39,486 bases of DNA from the IMG/VR virus record IMGVR_UViG_3300032373_001149, positions 1 to 39,486 of that record, one strand, 5' to 3'. Below, in pieces: positions 1 through 9,380 of the stretch (the stretch's first letter is position 1; the number at the start of each line of letters is the position of its first letter). This DNA comes from a virus (Duplodnaviria > Caudoviricetes). The notes below the pieces were generated by a model. It searched no databases. It was not told where the DNA came from and saw only the letters and a program-made list of their open reading frames with translations. The position numbers and the translations under genes are program-made.

Positions 1-339
1 TTAAAGATACACAAATTCTATACGATTAACGATTTTATCGTGTTGGCATCGATAGTGACATGAGAGCTTATTCACAAATTCGTCTGGGGTCATGTGAGGA
101 AAGCCCTCTTTAATGCAATCTTCCTGAGTGATGGCGTCCAGTGGTTCTGGCCTGATTGTGACAACTTGTATCATTCCCAGGCGCACAATTTTTTCACCTT
201 TTTTTAATCCCATCGCTTTTTCTACACCGCACAATATCTCGCCGGGATTAAGGAACCACCAACCAAATCGTCTAGTTACGGTCTTTGTTCGGTTCTTGAA
301 TTGCTCTTTTGTTAATGAAAAACTGATATTTCGAGGCAT
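1..339 (-). CDS. ASCH-domain protein
   Basis: N-terminal F...KTVTRR motif and C-terminal LDAITQEDCIKEGF motif typical of phage ASCH proteins. Confidence 0.8.
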   Translation of the reverse strand: MPRNISFSLTKEQFKNRTKTVTRRFGWWFLNPGEILCGVEKAMGLKKGEKIVRLGMIQVVTIRPEPLDAITQEDCIKEGFPHMTPDEFVNKLSCHYRCQHDKIVNRIEFVYL

Positions 340-344
340 ATACT

Positions 345-539
345 TTATATTTCGCCCTTAAGGTCACTAAATTGCTTTTCGCTAATTTCAATCGCAAATA
401 ACAGCAACGTATTTGCGTCTGGAAACTTTTTTACCATAGCAAGCAGCCAATCAGCTGGGCTAATATGCTTAACAACAATATTTGCCGCTATTGTATTACC
501 CATTGCGCCTTTTTGTGAGTAAGTAATCAACCAGTACAT
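345..539 (-). CDS. hypothetical protein (64 aa)
   Basis: ORF with GAGGA RBS, packed into the early operon. Confidence 0.6.
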   Translation of the reverse strand: MYWLITYSQKGAMGNTIAANIVVKHISPADWLLAMVKKFPDANTLLLFAIEISEKQFSDLKGEI

Positions 540-600
540 ATATCAATCCTCAAAGTAAAATATAACAATGTCTTATGGTGAAACCATCATAGAAAAATTG

Positions 601-846
601 TTAGCGCACGCAAATTTTCGCCAGTGCCATCAACCATTTTGCAAACTCCAGCGGTGTGGCCTCGCGTTCAGACTTGGTAATATATTTTCGTGTTCCGTCC
701 TTCTTCCTAGTGTCATGTGAAATTATAGGCAGCTCACCATCATACAGCATGGCATTACGTTCCTTGTCCCACACATCACAGCCAGGCAACGTTTTATAGA
801 TGCTGTCCGATCTGGCAAACAGCACTGCCACTGTAGGCTCACTCAA
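601..846 (-). pseudogene. internally deleted remnant of a phage C5-cytosine-methyltransferase-like protein
   Basis: VAVLFARSDSIYKTLPGCDVWD..R.A N-terminus joined directly to the ITKSEREATPLEFAKWL C-terminus, with no PPC/EHP core. The TTG start overlaps the mor stop. Confidence 0.5.
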
Positions 847-1181
847 AACAAACTGCCTTGGTTCTTGTCTTGAAACTCTTTTCGCGCTTGTTTGATTATT
901 TTGTATATCCACGGGATTGATATGCCATATTCTTTTGCCAAATCCGCATAGTTGTTACCAGTGAATTTGTCCCAAATTTCCACGTTTCGGCTGGATATTT
1001 TGAGCGCATAATTCTGCGGGATATATTGCAGTGAACCAGCCCAATTTTTAACTATCATTTCCGCCAGTTTGTGGGCTGCCAGGTCACGCTCTGTTTCGTT
1101 GAGTCCGAATTCTTTTAAAACAGAATTGGCACCATCGATAAAATCGGAAATTATGGCGGGCGTTTCTTTGTGATAACTCAT
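843..1181 (-). CDS. mor: Mor/C-family transcription activator
   Basis: WAGSLQYIP, RNVEIWDKFTGNNYADLAKEYGISIPWIYKII helix-turn-helix. Lies next to gemA as in Mu-like phages. Confidence 0.92.
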   Translation of the reverse strand: MSYHKETPAIISDFIDGANSVLKEFGLNETERDLAAHKLAEMIVKNWAGSLQYIPQNYALKISSRNVEIWDKFTGNNYADLAKEYGISIPWIYKIIKQARKEFQDKNQGSLF

Positions 1182-1192
1182 TATTATTAGAA

Positions 1193-1669
1193 TTATTCCG
1201 TGCGAATCAAAGGAACGTCAGTTCGCTTGCACCAATTCTTTAACTGCTCGATCACACGACTTGCAACGTCACCAGGTAACCACTCTGGTGCGCTGTAGCC
1301 TGATCGTTTAGGATGATATCGCCGAGTCTGAGCTTGCAGCCAACGCCGCAACCCATCTTCGGTGAAATCACGCACAACGTTGTAATCAGCTAATTGTGTC
1401 CAATACTGACGAATTACGTTGATTTGTAGTTTGGATGCCCTGCCTATTGGAATCTCTTTATTATTATTTTTAATTTTCGGTTGCCAGCCACAACGCTTGA
1501 AATGTGCTAGCACACGCTGGCGGCCCTGTTCAGTTAAATCAGCTGCGCTTTTTTCACCACCAACTCTACTAATAATATCTCGATAATCGTCATCGTCAAG
1601 GTCGAGCTGCGCCTTAGCAATGTGTATTTTTGCCAAATCTTTTTTTCTTTTAACGTCGATTGCGCTCAT
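1193..1669 (-). CDS. gemA: GemA/gp16-family (DUF1018) protein
   Basis: LAKIHIAKAQLDLDDDDYRDII...KSAADLT and VIEQLKNW motifs. Confidence 0.92.
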   Translation of the reverse strand: MSAIDVKRKKDLAKIHIAKAQLDLDDDDYRDIISRVGGEKSAADLTEQGRQRVLAHFKRCGWQPKIKNNNKEIPIGRASKLQINVIRQYWTQLADYNVVRDFTEDGLRRWLQAQTRRYHPKRSGYSAPEWLPGDVASRVIEQLKNWCKRTDVPLIRTE

Positions 1670-1917
1670 ATTGGCTCCACCACATGTATGTTGTTGTCAA
1701 ATCCACCGAGTGATTTGCCGCTTAACAGCCCTGACAATCGCGTTTTGCATCGTTGAGCTTGTTTTAATGCTTGCGATTTAGTTCCGACAACGCAACCCTG
1801 AATTAAGATTGTTTTATCAGATAGCACTCGCCATGCCCAATCGAATCCCGGAAGGTCACAAGATAACCAAGGTGCGTTACTAAGTTCACAAACTTCAATC
1901 ACCAGATCTTTTTTCAT
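1666..1917 (-). CDS. hypothetical protein (83 aa)
   Basis: Overlaps both neighbours by 4 bp (translational coupling). Confidence 0.65.
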   Translation of the reverse strand: MKKDLVIEVCELSNAPWLSCDLPGFDWAWRVLSDKTILIQGCVVGTKSQALKQAQRCKTRLSGLLSGKSLGGFDNNIHVVEPI

Positions 1918-2615
1918 AACTCATTCACCCATTGCTCCAGTGCTGCCGATCCCTCGCTTAGCGCACTAACATGTTTTGATAGATTGGCACATTGTCCCTG
2001 TAGCGCCTGCCGTACCGATGCTGTGAGTAACTTTGGACCAAACAATTGCTGCAGGCGATTTATTTCATCCGCGTATGCCTCAGGTGAGCCAAAAATTTGA
2101 GACAAATGCGTGGTAATAGCGGCCATGCGTGCTTCGCGGCTAATAATCAAATCACTTTGCGTACTTGATTGTGCCAGTGATTTACGTTTTACCACGTGGT
2201 GGATATCGCTGGACTCATTCTGGAGTTGCAGAGAAAGTTGCTCAACTTCATCAATTAATGTGTTTTGCGCCAATCTGGCTGCAGTTTGCAGTGACTTTAA
2301 ACCACGTGATAAAAACTCATGCCGTACTTCGGCCAATTCTTTTTCGCTGGCTACAATCCAGTATCCGGAACCGCTGGAACTCATCACAGGAATGCCCCAA
2401 AGGTCGCGCAGATCGTCAATACACGCACGCATACCGCGTGATAGCGTGGCAACATTTTTGATGGGCTTACCTTGGTCATCACGGTCCAGCCTATCGCCAG
2501 ACCACTGCTCATATAGGTCCAGCATGCTTATTGCATTTTGCCTGCCGTTGTGTTGTCGTAAAACACCCAATAACCGGGCTGTACCGGGCGGCATCATTAA
2601 TTGGTCACTAGTCAT
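1914..2615 (-). CDS. winged-HTH-containing hypothetical protein
   Basis: RGMRACIDDLRDLWGIPVMSSSGSGYW resembles a wHTH wing. Likely start MTSDQ overlaps the upstream stop. Confidence 0.65.
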   Translation of the reverse strand: MTSDQLMMPPGTARLLGVLRQHNGRQNAISMLDLYEQWSGDRLDRDDQGKPIKNVATLSRGMRACIDDLRDLWGIPVMSSSGSGYWIVASEKELAEVRHEFLSRGLKSLQTAARLAQNTLIDEVEQLSLQLQNESSDIHHVVKRKSLAQSSTQSDLIISREARMAAITTHLSQIFGSPEAYADEINRLQQLFGPKLLTASVRQALQGQCANLSKHVSALSEGSAALEQWVNEL

Positions 2616-3129
2616 CGTTATCACCTTGTTTGAACAAATCTTCTTTCCAATTAGGTGGTGGTGAGCTTTTAGGTGGCGATTGATCGACAAATGGGCTATT
2701 CAAGCGGCGTTGTGACTTCGCGTGCTCTGACTTGCGCTCAGCCAATGCGGCTACCTTTTCCCCTTGCGCTGCTAACATTGCAAGCAGATAGCCATGATCT
2801 TTCAACGGTGTTTTCAGGGTGGGCGGTGGAGACTCCACCAACCCACTCATAAGGTCGACTAACATTGGTGCTGTGGCAATATGGCGCGACCCATTACGCA
2901 CAAACGAACCATCCTTTAATGCAGGTATTAAGTCCTGCGTGAGGCGAAGCATGCGGCTCCATGTCAACGCTCGCTGATGCGGCTTAAACAAGCGTAAATA
3001 CCGCAAATATGGCTTAATGAGCGGCGCAGGTATCTCTTTTAAGGCATCTAAAAAGTGACGACCGTCTACATCTTCCATTGCGTCGAATAGATCGATGATG
3101 TTCCCGCATTGTTTACAAAATAGCTTCAT
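2608..3129 (-). CDS. conserved transposable-phage early protein with N-terminal CxxC
   Basis: MKLFCKQCG, YLRLFKP..RALTWSR, PLKDHGYL pattern seen in B3-like early regions. Confidence 0.7.
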   Translation of the reverse strand: MKLFCKQCGNIIDLFDAMEDVDGRHFLDALKEIPAPLIKPYLRYLRLFKPHQRALTWSRMLRLTQDLIPALKDGSFVRNGSRHIATAPMLVDLMSGLVESPPPTLKTPLKDHGYLLAMLAAQGEKVAALAERKSEHAKSQRRLNSPFVDQSPPKSSPPPNWKEDLFKQGDNDD

Positions 3130-3132
3130 GAT

Positions 3133-3636
3133 TTAATCGCACATAGAAGCAGAAGCAGCTTGCTGTTCGCACAACACTACATCGCGCTCAAATCCAGCCT
3201 GTAACAGCCCGGTTATTAAGTGGTGGCCATAGTAGCGAAAGCCGCCTGTAAACGCGTCTGATTGCAGCCCAACAGGTGCAATGCTCGAAATACGCCACGC
3301 ATTTTTTGGTGAATCATCTGCGCTGCGAACAACATCACCAATAGCAAACCTGGGTGCTGTTGTTGGCGTTTTCAGTGATGGACGCAGCGGTTGCCGATGG
3401 TTTTCCGTCATCAACTGAATTAACAAGGTGATGATTTCAATTGCGGCATTATGCATGTACTCGCTAGAGACATGGCTACTGTTGATATTATCCAGCTCAT
3501 TTTTCAAAACCACCCAACGGCGATTAAATTCTCCCATCGTAAAAACGCAACCGTCATCATCAACCAGCAATGCGCGTTCTATGCGTTTGAACAGCATCGG
3601 GTATTTACTGATCACAACAAAGTCGTTAGTCATCAT
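3133..3636 (-). CDS. hypothetical protein with C-terminal SH3/KOW-like segment
   Basis: GAGGAG RBS before ATG 3636; PRFAIGDVV motif. Confidence 0.6.
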   Translation of the reverse strand: MMTNDFVVISKYPMLFKRIERALLVDDDGCVFTMGEFNRRWVVLKNELDNINSSHVSSEYMHNAAIEIITLLIQLMTENHRQPLRPSLKTPTTAPRFAIGDVVRSADDSPKNAWRISSIAPVGLQSDAFTGGFRYYGHHLITGLLQAGFERDVVLCEQQAASASMCD

Positions 3637-3892
3637 AATAATTATTCTCCTCATTATTGTGAATAATAGAATGGTCGGTTTGCAGATCATCATCTAAAAT
3701 CTCACCACAAACTTCGCAGTAAAAGGCAAAGGTGTTGTGGTCGAACGTAATTTCAGGATGACTGCACAATGGGTCTTCATGCAGTTCCTGCAGGTTTGTA
3801 CCCTCTGCGGGGTATGGATGTACACAGTAATCACAAACAGCGTTATCATCCAGGCTGATTGCACCTTGTATGTCACAATGGTGTAGCCACAT
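3626..3892 (-). CDS. small Cys/His-rich acidic protein (putative Zn-binding)
   Basis: GGAGG RBS; HHC, CDYC, CSH and CEVC motifs. Confidence 0.6.
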   Translation of the reverse strand: MWLHHCDIQGAISLDDNAVCDYCVHPYPAEGTNLQELHEDPLCSHPEITFDHNTFAFYCEVCGEILDDDLQTDHSIIHNNEENNYYDD

Positions 3893-3896
3893 AACC

Positions 3897-4196
3897 TTAA
3901 CCTCCGTGCTGCTCGCGGGTGAAAACGTACTGGCGATCATGTTGAAACGATGGTCGTTGATGGCCGCGCTTTTCGAAAGCGCGGCCGTTCCGAATCATCA
4001 ATACAGGTTCAATAGGTACACGGCGCATTACTTCGCGCTGTGCTGGCAACAGCGGTAAGAAATCAAGTGCCCGCGTTTCTGCCAAAATCACGGCTGGCGA
4101 TTGAATGAAAGAACCAAAGCTGATGCCGTGATCGTCAATGCGGTTGCCGCGATAAATATTTGCCCAGTAATTCAATTGATGGTCATTAATACGCAT
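3897..4196 (-). CDS. hypothetical protein (99 aa)
   Basis: Tightly packed after the ATPase gene with a GAGG RBS. Confidence 0.65.
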   Translation of the reverse strand: MRINDHQLNYWANIYRGNRIDDHGISFGSFIQSPAVILAETRALDFLPLLPAQREVMRRVPIEPVLMIRNGRAFEKRGHQRPSFQHDRQYVFTREQHGG

Positions 4197-4199
4197 GGC

Positions 4200-5450
4200 T
4201 TACACCTCGCTAATTATTTCGCCGTTAACTTTTTTTGCGCCAATATCAGCGGCAAGGTTCAACGCTTTAACAACGCAATTATTCACCACCAGCGGATACA
4301 TCATCGACGTTACCGTATCAACACCGCGTTGACGAAAGCTCAAACGCTGCCGAATAGCATCGTAAGCGCTATTGTCAAACAACGATTTATGATCAATGTT
4401 CATGCGGTCAAACTTCAGGGCAATATACTGTTCCAGGTTGCCATCCAGTGGCATTAGTTGCACGATCTCACAACGCCGAATCACTTCTCTGGCTTCCCAG
4501 TTGACGCGCTCGTTGAGCATGCTCTGTAGCTCTGGTTGGCCCACCAAGATAATGGCCAACAACTTTTTAAAGCCGTCTTCTAGTTCCCAGAATCGTTTTA
4601 GGAACTTTAGCGTCTTAATGGACAAATCGTGCGCTTCCTCAATAATCAACACATGGGCGTTACCTGCCCTCGATGAACCCATTAACAGCTTTTCAATTTG
4701 ACGCGCTTTTGCTTCCAGTGATTGCTTAGGGCGTTCCTGCGAAATATCAGAAATAATTGACTCGCAAATAGCACCAGCAGTTAATCGACCTTTGTCAATA
4801 ATACGGGGTTGAATAACCGTGATTGGTAACGTCTCGCGTTGAATGCGATCAATCAGATCCCGGCGCAAGATGGTTTTACCCGCACCGCATTCGCCGACAA
4901 CGGCGAGGAACCCACCCAGCTTGGCGGTCATAAACATGGCTTCGCGGACATAGCGATGTTCGGTACTCATAAACACATCATCCGGTTTTTGCACATCATC
5001 AACAAATGGATCGCGAAACAGTTTAAAATGGCGCTTTGCGGTTTCTGTTAGCATTTCAGGCTCCGGTAGGTCAATCTCAGGATTGTCATTATTATTGCTG
5101 CGGGCACTATGGCCTGCGCGCCTGGTTACATCGATGGGGCTGGTATAGGGTTCGTCGTGCTTATCAATTTGCCACGCCGTCGCAATTTCCGATTTATCAA
5201 CACCGTTTGCCTTTAAAAACGAGGCAGTTTGTTTTTTGATGTCATCGGGCGATGTGAGGGAGGGAAATTGATTCCAGTTTAGTATCAAGGATCCCAGCGC
5301 TTTGCTGATGGGTTTGCCGTTGCTTTTCATGATTGCATTGGACCATTCGCTTTGGACGATATTATGCGATGCCAAAATGCGTTTTAGTTTTAATGGCATA
5401 TAGTTATCCCGACTGTAGAAGTGCTTTAATACATTTGTTTTTCTGGCCAT
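4200..5450 (-). CDS. transposase B, ExeA-like AAA ATPase with N-terminal DNA-binding domain
   Basis: Walker A GECGAGKT, Walker B LIIEEAH, ILVGQPEL; lies downstream of the transposase. Confidence 0.92.
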   Translation of the reverse strand: MARKTNVLKHFYSRDNYMPLKLKRILASHNIVQSEWSNAIMKSNGKPISKALGSLILNWNQFPSLTSPDDIKKQTASFLKANGVDKSEIATAWQIDKHDEPYTSPIDVTRRAGHSARSNNNDNPEIDLPEPEMLTETAKRHFKLFRDPFVDDVQKPDDVFMSTEHRYVREAMFMTAKLGGFLAVVGECGAGKTILRRDLIDRIQRETLPITVIQPRIIDKGRLTAGAICESIISDISQERPKQSLEAKARQIEKLLMGSSRAGNAHVLIIEEAHDLSIKTLKFLKRFWELEDGFKKLLAIILVGQPELQSMLNERVNWEAREVIRRCEIVQLMPLDGNLEQYIALKFDRMNIDHKSLFDNSAYDAIRQRLSFRQRGVDTVTSMMYPLVVNNCVVKALNLAADIGAKKVNGEIISEV

Positions 5451-5458
5451 GCTGCACC

Positions 5459-5728
5459 TCACGCGATCTTTTTATTCAATAAACTATCGCGACGAAAATC
5501 GGCCAGTACATCATTAATGCGCTTTGCGTAATGATTTGGCAAATAGAGACCGCGAATGGTCATTAATTCACACGGTTGATGGTAGACAATGATTTGCGCA
5601 AAGATCGCGCCCTTTGCACCGCTATCGGCATCACCCAATGACTGCTCGATGGCTGGTTTCAATTTTTCTTTTATCACCTCAATAGCACCGGTGATTGGTA
5701 GATTTATATTAAAAGTATTACCGTTCAT
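5459..5728 (-). CDS. hypothetical protein (89 aa)
   Basis: GGAG RBS, operon packing. Confidence 0.6.
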   Translation of the reverse strand: MNGNTFNINLPITGAIEVIKEKLKPAIEQSLGDADSGAKGAIFAQIIVYHQPCELMTIRGLYLPNHYAKRINDVLADFRRDSLLNKKIA

Positions 5729-5764
5729 GATATTCTCCGTGGTGTTTGAAAGACGAAACGTAAT

Positions 5765-6019
5765 CTATTGTTGTTCCAATGCTGTTGTGCTATTCGCTTC
5801 CTCCTGTAGTTTGTTAAGCCATTCTTTCCCTGCGGCAATCGCCGCGCCCCTTGCTGGGTAGTAGGTGGTGCCGATATTCAACCCGCAAACCTGTGGTTTA
5901 AAACCCTCATTTCTACTGTCAGCTGATACCAACCACCGGCTTGCCACTACTTCACCAGCAATTAAATACTGTATTTTTTCGTCGCGGCTCATGTCGTCAT
6001 AGTCAATTGCGTTAGCCAT
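5765..6019 (-). CDS. hypothetical protein (about 84 aa)
   Basis: Operon packing; start uncertain (6019 or 6034). Confidence 0.55.
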   Translation of the reverse strand: MANAIDYDDMSRDEKIQYLIAGEVVASRWLVSADSRNEGFKPQVCGLNIGTTYYPARGAAIAAGKEWLNKLQEEANSTTALEQQ

Positions 6020-6040
6020 TTTTATCTCACACAAGCTTCA

Positions 6041-6157
6041 TTAGCTAACCATCAAAATGGCCGTGATATAAAAGTGCGCGGCAACATAAACGAATAACCC
6101 AATGGGTGACGTTGCCAAATTATCAAGGGTTTGAAAAATAGCATCAATCGTTCGCAT
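6041..6157 (-). CDS. small single-pass membrane peptide (38 aa)
   Basis: GGAGG RBS within the transposase 3' end; hydrophobic IGLFVYVAAHFYITAILMV. Confidence 0.5.
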   Translation of the reverse strand: MRTIDAIFQTLDNLATSPIGLFVYVAAHFYITAILMVS

Positions 6158-7913
6158 TACTGCCTCCGTTAACAACTCGAAAACCCGTGGGTTGTGGTTC
6201 CGACATCGATTTCGCAAGGTCTTTGATCTGCTCATCCGTGGCCCCACTGGGGTAATTCGCCATAACCAAATCATAAAAATTCACATCAACATTACCGAGC
6301 AACGACTTAAGATATCGCGCACACTCGGTGACGGTGCGTGTAGAGGATTCAATGGCAACTGGATCTGGCACATCCAACGCGCTGCCTTTTCGTGGCATGT
6401 AATGGGCTGGGGTTTGTTCCGGCAGATAACCAAAGGGATCAATGCGGCCACCAAAAGCGGGTTCACGATTTTTACGTGCTTTATCTACTTGTAATTCCGT
6501 GTCCGCATCATAGGCATCCTTTGCCATGCGCTTGCGATGTTTGTCCGTATCGGTATCACGCGGTGCCTTAAACCGTTCGCCAATCACTGGCGCATCGACC
6601 ATAAATCCCGCCTGATCGCGAGCGATAGGCTTGCATTCATAATGCACTTCATTGCCGTGCTCATCGGTATCGATGACAAACAGATTAGGTGCGCTGTAGG
6701 GGTTAACGCACACATTGAGGGATTCACCCACGCGCACATTGGGTATATGTGCAACGCTATAAATGCCCGCGCTGAAGCCTTTAACGGTATAATGGATCAC
6801 CAGATTACCGCGTACCTGGCGCTCCACAGGCTTGGTGCGTAACAATTGCTCGCACACTATGCGCGGTGGGCATATTCGCAATTGTTCGGGCCGTACCGTT
6901 TGCCAAAGGGCGTAACGGGTATGACCGTGGCGTGAGTGTTTGGCCGTACCGTTAAAGTGACGCATCCATAATTGAGCGCATTCATTTAAGTGCTCCATTG
7001 ATGTAATCCGCATCAATGACAAGCGCCCCTCAAACTTGCGCTCTACAATGTTGTGACCATTTTCTACTTGGCCCTTGGCGCGAGGATTACCGGGCAAATG
7101 CGCCCAGTGCTTTACTGTAAGACGATCCAACAAATTTTTAATGAGGTGCGATTGATTAGCGCTGCCTGCATCCCATATCAACTGCAAAGGGACACCGTGA
7201 AAAGGGTCTTGCTCATGGTCCGATTTCGCAAACGCGGCCATAAAAAAGTCAAACAATGTTTCCTGATTCTCACCGCTAGTGCGGTAATAATGCACATACA
7301 GCGTACCGCTATAATGATCGGTTGCCAGATAACGCAGCACACGGAATTTCTCGACTTTTTTTACATTATCCGGTTTGTTTTTATAAAACCGATTCTGGTC
7401 CATCACGGCCATGCCACCGGTATCCAGGTAGTAGAGTACGCACACCGATACATCAAATTGCCACGTATGGTTTGGGTGCATTGACCGTAGGTTTTGATGT
7501 GGGGTTGGTCGCGCGATTTGGTCGGGATGAAATCCTTTACTGCGCATAATACGTAATGCCGTTGTGCCGGAAACCGGGCTTTGAATGAGGCCATTACCCT
7601 TGGCGATTTCCAGCGCATCGCCAACGGACAATAATCGCTTGCCGTTGGCCCGAGTAGACTCCACCATAATGGTAGCAACCGACCGGGCTTCGTCGTCACT
7701 CAATTGGGAGTCGCCGCGATCTGTGCGCAGCTTACGTCCCGATTGCCAGCCGATCTTTTTCAGGCGACGATATACCGCATCGCGGCTCATGCCTAAAAAG
7801 CCCGTGGCGGCCTCGATGATCCGGCCTCGATCACCGTGGTCGGCATCGTTTAATTGCTGCGCCAACTGTTTAAAATAGTCAACTTCGCCAAGGGTTGTGG
7901 CATCCAGTTCCAT
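6144..7913 (-). CDS. transposase A (DDE integrase family, B3-like)
   Basis: N-terminal HTH; catalytic triad candidates WQFD, IWDAGS and KGQVE. Confidence 0.95.
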   Translation of the reverse strand: MELDATTLGEVDYFKQLAQQLNDADHGDRGRIIEAATGFLGMSRDAVYRRLKKIGWQSGRKLRTDRGDSQLSDDEARSVATIMVESTRANGKRLLSVGDALEIAKGNGLIQSPVSGTTALRIMRSKGFHPDQIARPTPHQNLRSMHPNHTWQFDVSVCVLYYLDTGGMAVMDQNRFYKNKPDNVKKVEKFRVLRYLATDHYSGTLYVHYYRTSGENQETLFDFFMAAFAKSDHEQDPFHGVPLQLIWDAGSANQSHLIKNLLDRLTVKHWAHLPGNPRAKGQVENGHNIVERKFEGRLSLMRITSMEHLNECAQLWMRHFNGTAKHSRHGHTRYALWQTVRPEQLRICPPRIVCEQLLRTKPVERQVRGNLVIHYTVKGFSAGIYSVAHIPNVRVGESLNVCVNPYSAPNLFVIDTDEHGNEVHYECKPIARDQAGFMVDAPVIGERFKAPRDTDTDKHRKRMAKDAYDADTELQVDKARKNREPAFGGRIDPFGYLPEQTPAHYMPRKGSALDVPDPVAIESSTRTVTECARYLKSLLGNVDVNFYDLVMANYPSGATDEQIKDLAKSMSEPQPTGFRVVNGGSNAND

Positions 7914-7922
7914 GTGTTTTGC

Positions 7923-8810
7923 CTAACCTTCAGCATTCAGGTTTTTGGCGTCTTCTATCCACGCGTCGTCGCCCGGCTCGTCCGGTATCTCGACAAATGA
8001 CAAATGGTTGTAGTGCAGGTCACTGAGCGCAGCACGCACGCGTTGTACAGAATGCAAACAGGCTACCCGTAGATGCTGTGGCGCTTCAGGCACCTCAAAA
8101 ATCTGTTTAATCACCATTTCAACACCAACTAATGCGCTAATGACCCCCGTGGTTTCACGTTCCAGCTGCATCGATATCTCATCGGCCTGGGCGTCGATGT
8201 CACTGTTGGCGCGCTTATATAGGGCGGCGTCTAGCTCATTGATTTTTCTGTCTTTTTCGACCAACATCCGTTCGTTGGTTTCCGCCGTTTCGGCTTCTTT
8301 TTTGCGCGCCTGGCGCAGCGCAGCGCGGATTTCGCGCACCGTCATACGGTCAATGTCGTCCAGGGTTAAGCCAGCGATCGTACCGCCATCCTGTAAAGCA
8401 TCAAGATCGTCGTCATCTTCAGCCATCAATTCCAGCATTTTGGTTTTACCCAAAGCGGCGACCGGTCGCCGCTTTGCAAACTTAATGGCGGCCTGCATCA
8501 TGCGGCGCGCAGCGCGTTGGTCAATGCCGATTTGCTCAAGGGCTGCGTAAAATGCGCCGTGAGGTTCATGCTCTTTAAGTAACACCAGTCGCACACCGGC
8601 CTCCAACATGGCGTCGGCTGACTGATGCAAATAAAATGTAGTTTCGTTGATGATTCGTTGTGCATCATATGGCAGGTTATTATTGAGTTGCGCATCAATA
8701 GTCGCCAAGCGCTCGTTGTTTTCATCCATCAATTGCGCGTCGGCTTCAATAGCAGCGGTGTTAATGTCAGCGGTGTTGTCCGTGGCGGGTGTTGTTTTTT
8801 TACGGGCCAT
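7923..8810 (-). CDS. DUF3102-like transposable-phage protein
   Basis: MLEAGVRLVLLKEHEPHGAF...LGKTKMLEL...LDDIDRMTVREIR; sits just upstream of the transposase. Confidence 0.8.
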   Translation of the reverse strand: MARKKTTPATDNTADINTAAIEADAQLMDENNERLATIDAQLNNNLPYDAQRIINETTFYLHQSADAMLEAGVRLVLLKEHEPHGAFYAALEQIGIDQRAARRMMQAAIKFAKRRPVAALGKTKMLELMAEDDDDLDALQDGGTIAGLTLDDIDRMTVREIRAALRQARKKEAETAETNERMLVEKDRKINELDAALYKRANSDIDAQADEISMQLERETTGVISALVGVEMVIKQIFEVPEAPQHLRVACLHSVQRVRAALSDLHYNHLSFVEIPDEPGDDAWIEDAKNLNAEG

Positions 8811-8823
8811 GCTTGTTTCCCTT

Positions 8824-9141
8824 TTAGTGTGGATTGCGCGTGTAGCGTTGTTTAACTTCGTCAATTTTTTGCTGCGACCGCTCCAGGTTGTTGAGCATCG
8901 CCAAGCCTATTTGCGTAAGCTTCGGCGTCAACCGCCAGCGGTTAGTATCCGTGATGGGCTCGGCCAATCCGGCAATACGCAGGTTGGCCAGGTCGCGGGT
9001 CATTTTGTCGTAGGTCACACTCAATGCCTTTGCTAATTCACTGGGCGCGATACCACTTACCTCATGCCCTGCGAGCGATACCAATACCCGCAATATGCGT
9101 TGCTGTGAGGAGCTGCGATATTTTTCGTTATGTTCTGGCAT
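8824..9141 (-). CDS. IclR-like winged-HTH DNA-binding protein
   Basis: QQRILRVLVSLAGHEVSGIAPSELAKAL...TRDLANL...WRLTP; start 9141 or 9150. Confidence 0.8.
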   Translation of the reverse strand: MPEHNEKYRSSSQQRILRVLVSLAGHEVSGIAPSELAKALSVTYDKMTRDLANLRIAGLAEPITDTNRWRLTPKLTQIGLAMLNNLERSQQKIDEVKQRYTRNPH

Positions 9142-9379
9142 TGGCGTCATCCTTGGCTATTTGTCCGCGCCGTGATAAATCGTAGTCACTCATTTCGCAG
9201 ATGCCCGCATCATCAACGTCGTTTAATCCTGCAAATTCCGGGAATACCAAAAAATTTTTTGCTTTCACGCCGGATTGTGCTGGGACGCGTTTTATGAAAT
9301 AGGCGGCCAGGGCTGGTCCATCGCCCAGCGATGGCGTAATGAATAATTTTGTGCCCGCTTTTATTTTCGATGGCCGCAT
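9128..9379 (-). CDS. hypothetical protein (83 aa)
   Basis: GGAG RBS, coupled to its neighbours. Confidence 0.65.
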   Translation of the reverse strand: MRPSKIKAGTKLFITPSLGDGPALAAYFIKRVPAQSGVKAKNFLVFPEFAGLNDVDDAGICEMSDYDLSRRGQIAKDDANART

Positions 9380-9380
9380 A

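Noticed and set aside
2110-2664. 184-aa + strand ORF and similar antisense ORFs (e.g. 14577-15131, 33046-33525)
   Set aside because: Shadows of well-supported opposite-strand genes, with no motifs or RBS
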